DNA from: an uncultured Rhodocyclaceae bacterium
Lineage (GTDB): Bacteria; Pseudomonadota; Gammaproteobacteria; Burkholderiales; Rhodocyclaceae
Assembly (NCBI GenBank): GCA_964536245.1
Contig: CAZHVZ010000003.1
Span: 26,073-74,599, forward strand
DNA: 48,527 nucleotides
Reading direction: 5' to 3'
Positions 32,537 through 42,102 of this stretch are shown here, in pieces; the stretch's first letter is position 1; each line of letters opens with the position of its first letter. The notes beneath the pieces are model-generated. The model ran no database searches. It worked only from the letters and a program-made list of their open reading frames with translations, and was not told the origin of the DNA. The position numbers were made by a program, and so were the translations under genes.

Positions 32537-33885
32537 GCACACACTGGTTTTCCTTGCGCCGCAGGCTGTTGCTATTTCTACTGGGCGGGGTGTTGGCGGC
32601 GTGGTTGGCCATGGTCAGCTTCAGCTATGTGGATGCGCACCATGAAGTGGATGAACTGTTTGATGCCCAGTTGGCCCAGGCCGCCCAGGCACTGCTGACG
32701 CTTTCCGATCAGAGTGACCGACACGCGGTCGAGAAAATGGGCGCCCCCGCCCATAAATACCAGAGCCGTTTGCGCAGCCAGATCTGGCGTGCCGACGGGA
32801 CTCTGCTCCTGCGCTCGGGAAATGCTCTGACGACGCCTCTGACTACCGTTGACGGCTTTTCCGAAACCTGGGGGAACGACGGTCACTGGCGGCATTTCAG
32901 CCAGTGGAATGAAGCCCGCAGCTTGCAGGTGCAGGTGAGTGAAGATCATCGGGTGCGCGATGAGCTGATCGGCAATGTCGCCTGGCGACTCAGCATTCCC
33001 GTATTGCTGGGTCTGCCGTTGCTCGGTCTCTGGATCTGGCTGGCCACCCGTCGCAGCATGTCTGTCCTTGACGGCGTGGCGGCCCGGATTGCTGCCCAGG
33101 TGCCGCAGCAGTTGCATGTCCTGGAGCCGAAGACGGCACCGGATGAAATTCGTCCCCTGCTGGAGGCTTTGAACGGCTTGCTCCTGCGGATTGATGAAGC
33201 CCTGGCGACCGAACGCCGGTTCACCGCAGATGCCGCCCACGAATTGCGTACCCCGCTGGCAGCCTTGCTGGCCCAGGCCCAGGTTGCCCGGCGGGCACGC
33301 AGCGAAGAGGAACTGGGCAGCTCTCTCGATATGCTGCAAAGCGGATTGGTCCGGGCGTCCCATTTGGTGGAGCAGATGCTGCAACTGGCCCGCCTCGATC
33401 CCGAATCGGCCCTGCCCGATCCGCAACCGGTAGAGCTGGCGGAATTGGCCGAGTCGGTATGTGCCGAACTGGGTCCCCTGATTATCGGGAAAAACATGGA
33501 ATTCGAACTCAGCGCCATGCCGGGTTGCATTGTTTTCGGCCAGAGCGAATGGCTGCGGGTTCTCGTACGCAACCTGCTGGACAATGCTATCCGCTATACG
33601 CCGGAAGGGGGACAACTCCGGGTTGTCGTCGAGAAGCTTGGGGAGATCTGCCGCCTGGCAGTGATCGATAGCGGCCCCGGTATTCCGGTCCACGAACGGG
33701 AGGCTGTCCGGCGTCGTTTCCATCGTCTGGATCAGGGAGGGCAGCCTGGCAGCGGTTTGGGTCTGGCCATCGTGACGCGGATTGCCGAGTTGCACGGGGC
33801 GAGTTTTGCCCTTGCCGATGGCGATAATGGAACAGGTCTGACGGCTTCGGTCTCGTGGGCAGGAAAAAATTCAGAGCGTGAATAG
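32533..33885 (+). CDS. Sensor histidine kinase (QseC/PmrB-like)
   Basis: The start has a GTGA overlap with the regulator gene. It has two TM helices, the H-box FTADAAHELRTPLAAL and HATPase motifs (DSGPGIP, GSGLGLAIV). Confidence 0.9.
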   Translation: MSTHWFSLRRRLLLFLLGGVLAAWLAMVSFSYVDAHHEVDELFDAQLAQAAQALLTLSDQSDRHAVEKMGAPAHKYQSRLRSQIWRADGTLLLRSGNALTTPLTTVDGFSETWGNDGHWRHFSQWNEARSLQVQVSEDHRVRDELIGNVAWRLSIPVLLGLPLLGLWIWLATRRSMSVLDGVAARIAAQVPQQLHVLEPKTAPDEIRPLLEALNGLLLRIDEALATERRFTADAAHELRTPLAALLAQAQVARRARSEEELGSSLDMLQSGLVRASHLVEQMLQLARLDPESALPDPQPVELAELAESVCAELGPLIIGKNMEFELSAMPGCIVFGQSEWLRVLVRNLLDNAIRYTPEGGQLRVVVEKLGEICRLAVIDSGPGIPVHEREAVRRRFHRLDQGGQPGSGLGLAIVTRIAELHGASFALADGDNGTGLTASVSWAGKNSERE

Positions 33886-33924
33886 TCGAGGCGCTGCCGA
33901 AAGTGTGGGCAGTTTCCTCTACTG

Positions 33925-34641
33925 TTGTTTGTCCCTCTCGCTATACTGAACGGTCAATCGACCATCAGAGGCTTCCTTGTGATCCCCTCGCCCCGCTATA
34001 CCCTGCGCGAAGAAGTCGCCAACAGTATTACCCATGGCCTGGGCATCGTTCTGGCTATCGCCGGACTGGCCGTTCTAGCCGCCTTTGCCACCCTGCATGG
34101 AGATGTCTGGCATATCGTCGGGGTGAGTATTTTCGGTGCCACCCTGATCCTGCTCTATACCGCCTCGACCCTTTACCACAGCATTCCCGGCGAGAAGATC
34201 AAGGAAGTGCTGCGCACCCTCGATCATTCCGCCATTTTCTTTCTGATAGCGGGTACTTACACACCGTTCATGCTGGTTAATCTGAGGGGCCCCTGGGGTT
34301 GGTCCCTCCTTGCCGTGGTATGGACCCTGGGCATCGGCGGGGTAATCCTGCGCCTGTTTCTACGCGGCCGTTACCATGGCCTGATGGTTGCCATCTATAT
34401 TGCCATGGGCTGGGCCGTGGTGGTCGCCATCAAACCCATGCTGGTCAGTGTCGGCAGCGGTGGCCTCTTGCTGCTGCTGGCCGGTGGTCTGGCCTATTCC
34501 GGCGGGGTGGTGTTCTACAAATGGCGCCGCCTGCCCTACAACCATGCTATCTGGCACGGTTTTGTCCTGGCAGGCAGCGCGTTTCACTATTTTGCCGTGC
34601 TTTACTACGTGATTCCCTGGCCAAGTCCTGAACTGGGCTAG
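33925..34641 (+). CDS. Hemolysin III / PAQR family membrane protein
   Basis: It has EEVANSITHG and HSIP...LDHSAIF motifs and 7 TM helices. The listed start is TTG. GTG 33979 gives a length closer to E. coli YqfA. Confidence 0.8.
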   Translation: MFVPLAILNGQSTIRGFLVIPSPRYTLREEVANSITHGLGIVLAIAGLAVLAAFATLHGDVWHIVGVSIFGATLILLYTASTLYHSIPGEKIKEVLRTLDHSAIFFLIAGTYTPFMLVNLRGPWGWSLLAVVWTLGIGGVILRLFLRGRYHGLMVAIYIAMGWAVVVAIKPMLVSVGSGGLLLLLAGGLAYSGGVVFYKWRRLPYNHAIWHGFVLAGSAFHYFAVLYYVIPWPSPELG

Positions 34642-34643
34642 CC

Positions 34644-35414
34644 GTGGAAGGGCTCACTGCTGTCCTGCTGGTCTTGCTGCCGGCAGCCTTTATTGCCGGT
34701 TGTGTCGACGCGGTCGTCGGCGGTGGCGGTCTGGTGCAGATTCCTGCCCTGTTTACCGTTTTTCCCGGCGAAACTCCGGCTACCCTGCTCGGCACCAATA
34801 AAACCGCCAGTGTGGTGGGCACGGCCAATGCTGCCTGGCGCTATGCCCGCCGGGTGGACTTGCCCTGGCGGACCATTTTTCCTGCCACGCTTGCCGCCTT
34901 TGCCTTTTCCTATGGCGGCGCTGCCGCCGTCGCCTGGTTGCCTAAAGAAGCGCTGCGCCCTCTTATCTTCGGCCTGCTTGTTCTGGCTGCGGCCTATACC
35001 CTGTGGCGAAAGGACTTCGGGCAGGTCCACCATCCTGCCCACAGCGGTTGGCGCGAGCTGGCCTACGCCACCGCCCTGGGGGCGGTGATCGGCTTTTACG
35101 ATGGATTTTTTGGTCCCGGTACGGGCAGTTTTCTCATCTTTCTCTTTGTCCGATTTTTCGGATTCGATTTTTTGCACGCTTCGGCCAGCGCCAAGGTGGT
35201 CAATGTGGCCACCAATCTGGCCGCCCTCGCCTATTTTGTTCCGGCAGGATACTGCTTGCCCGCTCTGGCGGTGGTCATGGCAGCGGCCAACGTGGCCGGC
35301 TCGGCCACCGGAACCTGGCTCGCCCTGAGACATGGCAGTGGATTTGTCCGGCGGGTATTTCTGCTGGTGGTTGGCGTGTTGATCCTGCGTTTTGCCTGGG
35401 ATACCTGGATGTAG
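34644..35414 (+). CDS. TauE/SafE (TSUP, DUF81) family anion exporter
   Basis: It has a GTG start 2 nt after the preceding stop, multiple TM helices and the N-terminal GCVDAVVGGGGLVQIPAL motif. Confidence 0.75.
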   Translation: MEGLTAVLLVLLPAAFIAGCVDAVVGGGGLVQIPALFTVFPGETPATLLGTNKTASVVGTANAAWRYARRVDLPWRTIFPATLAAFAFSYGGAAAVAWLPKEALRPLIFGLLVLAAAYTLWRKDFGQVHHPAHSGWRELAYATALGAVIGFYDGFFGPGTGSFLIFLFVRFFGFDFLHASASAKVVNVATNLAALAYFVPAGYCLPALAVVMAAANVAGSATGTWLALRHGSGFVRRVFLLVVGVLILRFAWDTWM

Positions 35415-35498
35415 CGGGATCGGTCACAGGTTTCCCTTGCATTACTCCGAGCTATTCATTCAGAATCACGGTTTTGCTACGCTGTCAGGGAGATTAAT

Positions 35499-36317
35499 AT
35501 GCCGTTTGCCAAGTCGCCGGTCGCTCGCGTGTTGAGCCTTGTATCTGTCGTTACCCTGTTGGCTGCTTGCCAGACGACGGGTGGGGGCGACCCCAACAAT
35601 CCGTCGCCGACTTCCGGCAGCAGCACGTCCAATCAGGCCAATGCCATGGCTGACAAAGGCATGTACAAGCCGGTCGAATACTCGAATGTGAATAAAAAGG
35701 GTCCGGCGCTGGTGGTTATTCCGGGGGAGATCAAGTCTAACAACGCCACCTTTACCCAAAAATACTCTTCCAACAACATTGCCGACTACGCTGAACTGGA
35801 ACTGTCCAAGGCGAATTTCAAGGTGCTCGAGCGGGCCGACCTTGGTCCCTTGCTGAACGAATTCACGCTTGCCTACACCATGGGCAATCCGCAGGCCGCC
35901 CGCAAGGTTCTTCAAAAGGGCAAGTTCAAGACGACCAAGTGGATCGTCAAGTTCGATGTCCTCAAGGCCGAGCCGGTTGCCCAGGCCACGCAGGGATTCG
36001 ATGGCCGTGCCTTGGGGCAGATCATCGGAGCGGCTTCCGGCTCGCGGGGCGGGGCGATCGCCGGTGCCGCAGTGGGTTCGGTCAATACCCAGGAATCGAC
36101 CGGTGTCTGGGTCATCGGCATGCGCTACAAGCTGATCAATGCCAACACCACGGAACAGGTTGCCACCGGCTATATGGAAGAAAAGATGGAACTGGGGGCC
36201 AAGAGCAGTTCCGTGCTGGGTGTCAGCCAGAGCCAGTCGGGAGGGTTGACCCTGGATTCCCTGGTCCAGCGGCTGGTTCAGAAGTGTGTGTACGAAGTGG
36301 ATGCCAAGTACAAATAA
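35499..36317 (+). CDS. Lipoprotein with CsgG-like features
   Basis: It has a lipobox (LLAAC). FKVLERADLGPLLNE parallels CsgG's PLERQGLQNLLNE. It also has a Gly-rich segment (GAASGSRGGAIAGAAVG), and the upstream GGGAG is a good RBS. Confidence 0.5.
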   Translation: MPFAKSPVARVLSLVSVVTLLAACQTTGGGDPNNPSPTSGSSTSNQANAMADKGMYKPVEYSNVNKKGPALVVIPGEIKSNNATFTQKYSSNNIADYAELELSKANFKVLERADLGPLLNEFTLAYTMGNPQAARKVLQKGKFKTTKWIVKFDVLKAEPVAQATQGFDGRALGQIIGAASGSRGGAIAGAAVGSVNTQESTGVWVIGMRYKLINANTTEQVATGYMEEKMELGAKSSSVLGVSQSQSGGLTLDSLVQRLVQKCVYEVDAKYK

Positions 36318-36326
36318 ACCGTAATT

Positions 36327-38129
36327 TCAGATTTTTGGTTGTTTGGACAGGGTGGCCGGGGAAATCTGGCTGCCCTGTTTTGCTTTGTCGAGGATTTCAC
36401 CGAAGGTAGCGGCGTCCTGAAAGCCGACTACCCGCAGTCCCTTGATTTCCTGTCCGGAAGCACCAAAAAACAGGATGCCCGGTGGGCCAAAAAGTCCAAA
36501 ACGGGCCATCAGAGCCTTGTCGTCATCGTTATTGGCGGTAACATCGGCCTTCAGTAGAATGAAGTCCTCCATTTTTGTCCGAACAGCGCTGTCGGCAAAG
36601 GTGAAGCGCTCCATCTCCTTGCAGGAAACACACCAGTCCGCGTAGAAATCCAGCATGACAGGCCGGCCGGCCGATTGCAGGCGACGGTCCAGATCGGCCA
36701 GGGAAACGATGCGCTGAAAAGGAATTTTGGCAGCCTCGCTCGCCTGTACCGCGCCGCGCAGCCCGGAAAGCGGCTGCAAAGGGTCGCGGTTGCCGGCCAG
36801 GGTGCCGATGAGCAAGGCCGCACCGGTCAGCAACATGATGATGCCGACGCCTTTCCAGAAGCGGTGCCAGCCTTTGGCATGGGGCGGAAGCGGATCCAGG
36901 GCATGGAGATAGGTGGCGGGGATGATCAGCAAACCGGCCCAGGCCAGCATCTGGACGGCTACCGGAATGACCGGAGAAACCAGCCAGAGTGCGGTACCCA
37001 GCAGGACGACGCCGAAGGACTTCTTGACCGCTTCCATCCACGCCCCGGCTCTGGGCAGCAAGGCTCCGGCGGAGAGCCCGACGATCAGGAGCGGAACCCC
37101 CATGCCGAATGCCATGACGAACAAGGCCGATCCTCCCAGCCAGGCATCGTGGGTCTGGCCGATGTAGAGGAGAGCTCCGGCCAGGGGAGCGGCAACGCAG
37201 GGACCGACGATAAGCGCTGACAAGGCACCCATGACGAAGACGGCCAGGCCGTGCCCGCCGTGCAGGTGTCCGGCCTCTTCGGAAAGTTTGCTTTGCAGGG
37301 CGGTGGGCAATTGCAGTTCGTAGAAGCCGAACATCGAAAAGGACAGCGCAACAAAAACCAGGGCAAAGGCACCCAGGACCCAAGGGTTCTGCAGGGCATT
37401 GGAAAGCAGGCTACCCGTCAGTCCGGCTGCGATGCCGACGGTTGCGTAGGTCACCGCCATGCCCAGGACGTAGGCCAGGGACAGGGCAAAACCTTTACCA
37501 CGAGATATCTTTTCTCCCTGTCCGGCTATGATGCCGGACAGGATGGGGATCATCGGAAAAACACAGGGAGTGAGGGCCAGGCCGAGTCCGGCAACGAAGA
37601 AGAAGGCCAGATTGGCCCAGAAGCCGGCATCCTTGAGGGTTCTGGCGATTTGCCCGCTTTCGTCTCCGGCGTTAGATTCACTGGCCGAGGCCGCTCCGGC
37701 AGCGGGCAGTTCCAGGTTGACGACCTGGGTTTGCGGCGGATAGCACACTCCGGCATCGGCACAGCCTTGGGAGGTGAGCTTGAGGGCCACATTCAAAGGG
37801 GCGGAGGAATTTTCTCCCGTGGCACGTTCGAGCGGGAGTTGGATGACCGCTTCCTTGTAGTAAACCTCGACCTTGCCAAAATTTTCATCATTTTTCTCTT
37901 TACCCTTGGGCATCCGGGGGGTGCCCAGGCGGCTGGAGCTATCGTCAATGACAAAGCGGAACTTGTCCCGGTACAGGTAATAGCCCTTGGCGATGTCGTA
38001 GCGAACTTCAATGGTTTGTCCGTCAAGGAACCGGGCGTAAGGCTTGAAGGCCACCGCCGGATCGAGAAATTCCTCGGCCCCGGCGAGGGAACTGATGAAC
38101 AGAAAGGCCAGAAAAAGGTGTTTCAACAT
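36327..38129 (-). CDS. dsbD: Thiol:disulfide interchange protein DsbD
   Basis: It has an N-terminal periplasmic domain, a TM core with CVFPMIP and GPCVAAP, and a C-terminal thioredoxin motif WCVSC. Confidence 0.93.
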   Translation of the reverse strand: MLKHLFLAFLFISSLAGAEEFLDPAVAFKPYARFLDGQTIEVRYDIAKGYYLYRDKFRFVIDDSSSRLGTPRMPKGKEKNDENFGKVEVYYKEAVIQLPLERATGENSSAPLNVALKLTSQGCADAGVCYPPQTQVVNLELPAAGAASASESNAGDESGQIARTLKDAGFWANLAFFFVAGLGLALTPCVFPMIPILSGIIAGQGEKISRGKGFALSLAYVLGMAVTYATVGIAAGLTGSLLSNALQNPWVLGAFALVFVALSFSMFGFYELQLPTALQSKLSEEAGHLHGGHGLAVFVMGALSALIVGPCVAAPLAGALLYIGQTHDAWLGGSALFVMAFGMGVPLLIVGLSAGALLPRAGAWMEAVKKSFGVVLLGTALWLVSPVIPVAVQMLAWAGLLIIPATYLHALDPLPPHAKGWHRFWKGVGIIMLLTGAALLIGTLAGNRDPLQPLSGLRGAVQASEAAKIPFQRIVSLADLDRRLQSAGRPVMLDFYADWCVSCKEMERFTFADSAVRTKMEDFILLKADVTANNDDDKALMARFGLFGPPGILFFGASGQEIKGLRVVGFQDAATFGEILDKAKQGSQISPATLSKQPKI

Positions 38130-38443
38130 GTGCTGCTCTCCAAGGCCACCCAGTCGAGATAGGCGGGCAGGCCGCAGCCTATGGGCAGGGCGATAATCTC
38201 CGGCACCTGGTAGGGATGGTTGCCGACAATGGCAGCCTCCAGCGCCGGATATCGATTTGCCGTAGTTTTGATGAGCAGTGGAATTTCTCTGGCGGATTCA
38301 ATTTTCCCTGCCCAGCGATAGACCGAGCGGCAGGGGGCCAGAATATTGACGCAAGCAGCCAGCCCTTGTTCGACCAGGTGTTGGGCCAGATGTTCAGCGC
38401 AGACCTCGTCCGGGCAGTTGGTGATGACAAGCAGGGTTTCCAT
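38123..38443 (-). CDS. cutA: Divalent-cation tolerance protein CutA
   Basis: The start is M14 of listed ORF 38123..38482. The motifs are LAACVNILAPCRSVYRWAGKIE and HPYQVPEIIALPI. It overlaps the dsbD start by 7 nt. Confidence 0.88.
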   Translation of the reverse strand: METLLVITNCPDEVCAEHLAQHLVEQGLAACVNILAPCRSVYRWAGKIESAREIPLLIKTTANRYPALEAAIVGNHPYQVPEIIALPIGCGLPAYLDWVALESSTC

Positions 38444-38453
38444 GGGCAGGATT

Positions 38454-41075
38454 TTACTCCGGGCCGGCGGCGGACCGGACAAAGCCCTGCAAGGCGGAAA
38501 GAGCCGCTGCCTGGTGTTGTTCGAGCAGGGGCAAGAGGGCTTCGGCGTTCTCCGGGCGGCCAGCCTTGAAGTGATTCTCTAGGGTCTGCCAGGTGTTGGC
38601 CAGATCCATGGCAGAGCTTGTCGCAGCCAGGGTTCGGGCAGCCAGACAGATGGAAAGGGCGAGATCGAATTCTTTTGCGCCCAGCGCCGCGTGCAGGCGG
38701 AGCAATTCCCCGGGTAATTCGGCGATTGCCCCTTCGGCGATGATGGTGGCCATTTCCTGATCGTGGTTGACTCTCTTCATGAGGTCGTCGGGATCAAAAG
38801 TCTCCTTGCCGGCAACCGGGGAAGAATTGTTTCCGGAGAGGGTGCCTGCCGGCTTGAAGCGGGCGCAAAACCAGAATACCGAGCCCTGGTGTTCGGTACT
38901 GTCCACACCGATTTCACCGTCCATCAGCTCGACCAGCTGCTTGCTGATGGCCAGACCCAGCCCGGTGCCGCCAAAGCGGCGGGTGACCGAAGTGTCGGCC
39001 TGGGTAAATGGCTGGAACATGCGGGCCAGTTTATCGGCCGGAATGCCGATTCCGGTATCCCGCACGGCAAAGCGGAGCTGAATGCCGGAATTGTCTTCGG
39101 CAACAAGGGCTACCTTGATGCCGATCTCTCCTTTTTGGGTAAATTTGAGGGAGTTGCCGGCGAGATTGATCAGTATCTGCCGTAAGCGGCCGGGATCTCC
39201 CTTCACCCGATGGGGAACTTCCGGCGCGATGTCGCAGTGAAAGCCGAGGCCTTTTTCGGCGGCCTGGAAGCTCAACATGCGTGCCGTATCGTCAATCGCG
39301 CTGGAAAGATCGAAGTCGATCCACTCAAGCGTTATTTTTCCCGCTTCCACTTTCGAGAAATCGAGGATGTCGTTAATGATGGTGAGCAGGGATGCGGCGC
39401 TGTGTTTGATGATTTCGGCATGGGCCCGCTGCTCGTCGTCAAGGCGGGTGTCGAGCAGGAGGTCGGTCATGCCGATGATTCCGTTCATCGGCGTACGGAT
39501 TTCGTGGCTCATATTGGCCAGAAAATCGCTTTTGGCCCGATTGGCGGCCTCGGCTGCCTGGCGTGCATCAATCAGGGCTTGTTCGTTGTCCTTGCGCGAG
39601 GTAATCAGCGTTCCGGTTCCACGATAGCCGGCAAACTCGCCGTTGTGACCGAAAACAGGATCTCCGCTGATGGAAATCCAGCGATAGCCCCGCTGATCGG
39701 TGGAGTGAATGCGATATTCGAAGCCCCGGAAAGGAATGCGCTGTTCGAGGTCGGCCAGATGTTGTTGCCACTTTTCGCCATCGTTCAGGTCGTCTTCCTC
39801 GGCAACTTGGCTACGCTGGCGTCCGATCAGGCGTTCCGTGTTGATGCCCAGGGGGCGAGCGGCATTGTCCGAGAACCAGGAAAAACGCAAGTCGCTATCC
39901 ATTTCCCAGAACCAGTCCGAGGCAATGGTGGAGAAATCCCGAAAACGGGCTTCTGATTCCCGCAGAGCGGCTTCGGCAGCCTTGCGCAGGGCAATGTCGG
40001 CGGCCACAATGACCCAGCCCTTGCCATCTTCGAGGGGCGCACCGGAAACCAGCACCGGATTGGATTTACCCTGCGGCGTGGTAAAGGCTGATTCCGCCTT
40101 GTGGAAGGGCAGCCCGCTCCGGGCGGAAAAATCGATGTCAGGAAGAATTTCGGCCAGGGGGCGGCCAATCAGATCTTCTTCCGGACGCCCCAGCAAGGAG
40201 CAGGCCGCCGGGTTGGCCACCTCGATCTGACGGTCCCGCGTTGTCACGATCAAACCGTTGGAGAGATTGGCCAGAATATGGTCGAAATGATCTCTCGAAA
40301 CGGCAGTTTCCTTTAAATGGTCGAGCAGGTGATTGAGTGCCTGTACAACCGAACCGATTTCGTCCGGATAACCCGGCTGCAAGCGTTCGGCATGGGTGGA
40401 AAAATCCACCGGACGGTTCAAAAAGGCATTCAGACGGCGCAAAGGCAGGGTCAGGTGGAGATGCAGAAGCAGAAAAACAGCCAGCAGAACGACAATCACC
40501 AGCCCGGCGATGAGCAACCCGGCGTCCCGCACCCGCTTGAATTCCTCGTTGAGCCGGAAAAGCAGTTCATTGCTGCGGGCAGTCGATTTGTCCACGTAGC
40601 GTTCCACCTCGACATTCAAGGCAAAGGCCTCGTTCCGCAGGTTCTGCGCCCAGACAGCGGCGGGCTGGGCATCGGAAATACCCCAGGTGGCAATGGCCGT
40701 GAAGGAGGCGAACATCGGCTCCACCTTGTCGAGAAAGGCAACAAGCTGCCCGTCCGGATCGGAGGCTGGCGCCGCATTCCGCAGATCGTAAACAATGTCG
40801 TCGAACTGGCTGGCCTGATAGTCGAGCTTGCCGCTTAATTCGGAATTGCGGGTGAGGACAGAAAGCAGGGCCAGACGCTGAACCTCGGTCACCTGATAGC
40901 GCAGGTTCTGTACCTTCTTCAGTACTTCGGCATCAAAGCGGACCTGGCTCTGGATATCTTCCTGAATATTCCGCAGGGAGGTAAAGGTAAATCCGATAAA
41001 GCCGACCATCACCAGTACCAGGAGGGCAAAAGCAAACTGGATGCGGGTGCGCAGCGAAATGCCGGGTGGCGACAT
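38454..41075 (-). CDS. Membrane sensor histidine kinase with HAMP, two PAS domains, HisKA/HATPase and a C-terminal Hpt-like domain (no receiver)
   Basis: It has the H-box [14 protein letters not shown] and the motifs DTGIGIP and GGTGLGL. The C-terminal roughly 110 aa resemble an Hpt four-helix bundle, but the canonical His position is Arg (AAR, codon 38634..38636). Confidence 0.85.
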   Translation of the reverse strand: MSPPGISLRTRIQFAFALLVLVMVGFIGFTFTSLRNIQEDIQSQVRFDAEVLKKVQNLRYQVTEVQRLALLSVLTRNSELSGKLDYQASQFDDIVYDLRNAAPASDPDGQLVAFLDKVEPMFASFTAIATWGISDAQPAAVWAQNLRNEAFALNVEVERYVDKSTARSNELLFRLNEEFKRVRDAGLLIAGLVIVVLLAVFLLLHLHLTLPLRRLNAFLNRPVDFSTHAERLQPGYPDEIGSVVQALNHLLDHLKETAVSRDHFDHILANLSNGLIVTTRDRQIEVANPAACSLLGRPEEDLIGRPLAEILPDIDFSARSGLPFHKAESAFTTPQGKSNPVLVSGAPLEDGKGWVIVAADIALRKAAEAALRESEARFRDFSTIASDWFWEMDSDLRFSWFSDNAARPLGINTERLIGRQRSQVAEEDDLNDGEKWQQHLADLEQRIPFRGFEYRIHSTDQRGYRWISISGDPVFGHNGEFAGYRGTGTLITSRKDNEQALIDARQAAEAANRAKSDFLANMSHEIRTPMNGIIGMTDLLLDTRLDDEQRAHAEIIKHSAASLLTIINDILDFSKVEAGKITLEWIDFDLSSAIDDTARMLSFQAAEKGLGFHCDIAPEVPHRVKGDPGRLRQILINLAGNSLKFTQKGEIGIKVALVAEDNSGIQLRFAVRDTGIGIPADKLARMFQPFTQADTSVTRRFGGTGLGLAISKQLVELMDGEIGVDSTEHQGSVFWFCARFKPAGTLSGNNSSPVAGKETFDPDDLMKRVNHDQEMATIIAEGAIAELPGELLRLHAALGAKEFDLALSICLAARTLAATSSAMDLANTWQTLENHFKAGRPENAEALLPLLEQHQAAALSALQGFVRSAAGPE

Positions 41076-41083
41076 GGAAAAAC

Positions 41084-41722
41084 TCAGTGTCGCCAGGCGC
41101 GGGTGACAATTTCGCGCAGCAGGTGCAGTCGGCGGTGAAAAAAGTGATCGGCACCCGGCACCACGACAACCGGCAGATCCAGAGGCAAGGCCCAGGCGAG
41201 CACATTGTCCAGAGGAACGGTTTCATCCGCCGAGCCGTGAATGACAATGGTGTCGTGCGGGACGGCTTCCGTATCGTATTGGCGGGAGCCTTCGACATGG
41301 CCGGCAGCGGTACCGACCAGGACCAGGCGCTGAGCGGGATGGCCGAGTTCCATCAGACGCTTGGCCAGCCGGGTCTGGCAGAAGGCGCCGAAGGAAAAAC
41401 CGGCGAGGGCGACCGGCAGGTCTCCGCAGCGACACTTGGCTTCCTGGAGGACGGCCAGCAGATCTTCGGTTTCGCCATGGCCTTCGTCGTGAACGCCTTC
41501 GGTGTCGCCGACTCCCCGGAAATTGGGGCGAAAGCTGGCATAGCCGAGACTGACGAAGGTGCGGGCCAGGGTGTAAGCCACCTTGTTGGTATTGGCACCG
41601 CCAGCCAGAGGATGGGGATGGGCAATCAGGGCGATCCCCCTGGGTGCGCCCGGATTTTCGACAATGACGTCAATCTTGCCGGCAGGGCCGTCGATGAGGA
41701 TTTTTTCTTCGGGCGCTTTCAT
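41084..41722 (-). CDS. Alpha/beta-fold hydrolase
   Basis: The 212-aa product has the nucleophile elbow GFSFGA and a C-terminal VVPGADHFF (His). Confidence 0.7.
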   Translation of the reverse strand: MKAPEEKILIDGPAGKIDVIVENPGAPRGIALIAHPHPLAGGANTNKVAYTLARTFVSLGYASFRPNFRGVGDTEGVHDEGHGETEDLLAVLQEAKCRCGDLPVALAGFSFGAFCQTRLAKRLMELGHPAQRLVLVGTAAGHVEGSRQYDTEAVPHDTIVIHGSADETVPLDNVLAWALPLDLPVVVVPGADHFFHRRLHLLREIVTRAWRH

Positions 41723-41730
41723 GGCAAACC

Positions 41731-42039
41731 TCAGATTTTCAGGCGTTCAACAACCCGGCCATGGACCAGATGCTCCTGGATGATTTCCTCGATATCATCC
41801 TTGTCCACATAGGTGTACCAGACCGCATCGGGATAGACCACCAGAACCGGACCCTGGTCGCAGCGGTCGAGGCAGCCGGCCTTGTTGATCCGGATGTTGC
41901 CTTTTCCCTTGAGGCCGAGTGCGGCGATGCGGTCCTTGGCGTAGGTCTGCATTTCGGTTGCCCCATGGGCGTTGCAGCAGGTTTCGCCGGGAGCGCGCTG
42001 ATTGCAGCAGAAAAATACATGATGTTTGAAGTGGCTCAT
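41731..42039 (-). CDS. Thioredoxin-like [2Fe-2S] ferredoxin domain protein
   Basis: The 102-aa product has Cys clusters (FFCCNQR, ETCC, GCLDRC) typical of this family. Confidence 0.75.
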   Translation of the reverse strand: MSHFKHHVFFCCNQRAPGETCCNAHGATEMQTYAKDRIAALGLKGKGNIRINKAGCLDRCDQGPVLVVYPDAVWYTYVDKDDIEEIIQEHLVHGRVVERLKI

Positions 42040-42082
42040 TTGAGATCCTTGTCCGGTTGGGGGAAATTATAGAGGCAGTCGT

Positions 42083-42102
42083 GGCGTTTCACGTGAAACG
42101 CC
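42083..42102. repeat. Perfect 20-bp palindrome GGCGTTTCACGTGAAACGCC spanning the ATPase stop codon
   Basis: It is an exact self-complement. It contains GTTTCACGTGAAAC, related to the copies at 2022..2035 and 16713..16726. Confidence 0.7.

Noticed and set aside
26165-33795. Minus-strand ORFs 26165..27208, 30478..31536 and 32578..33795
   Set aside because: They are antisense to the MFP, OMP and sensor kinase genes of the efflux locus and are shadow frames.
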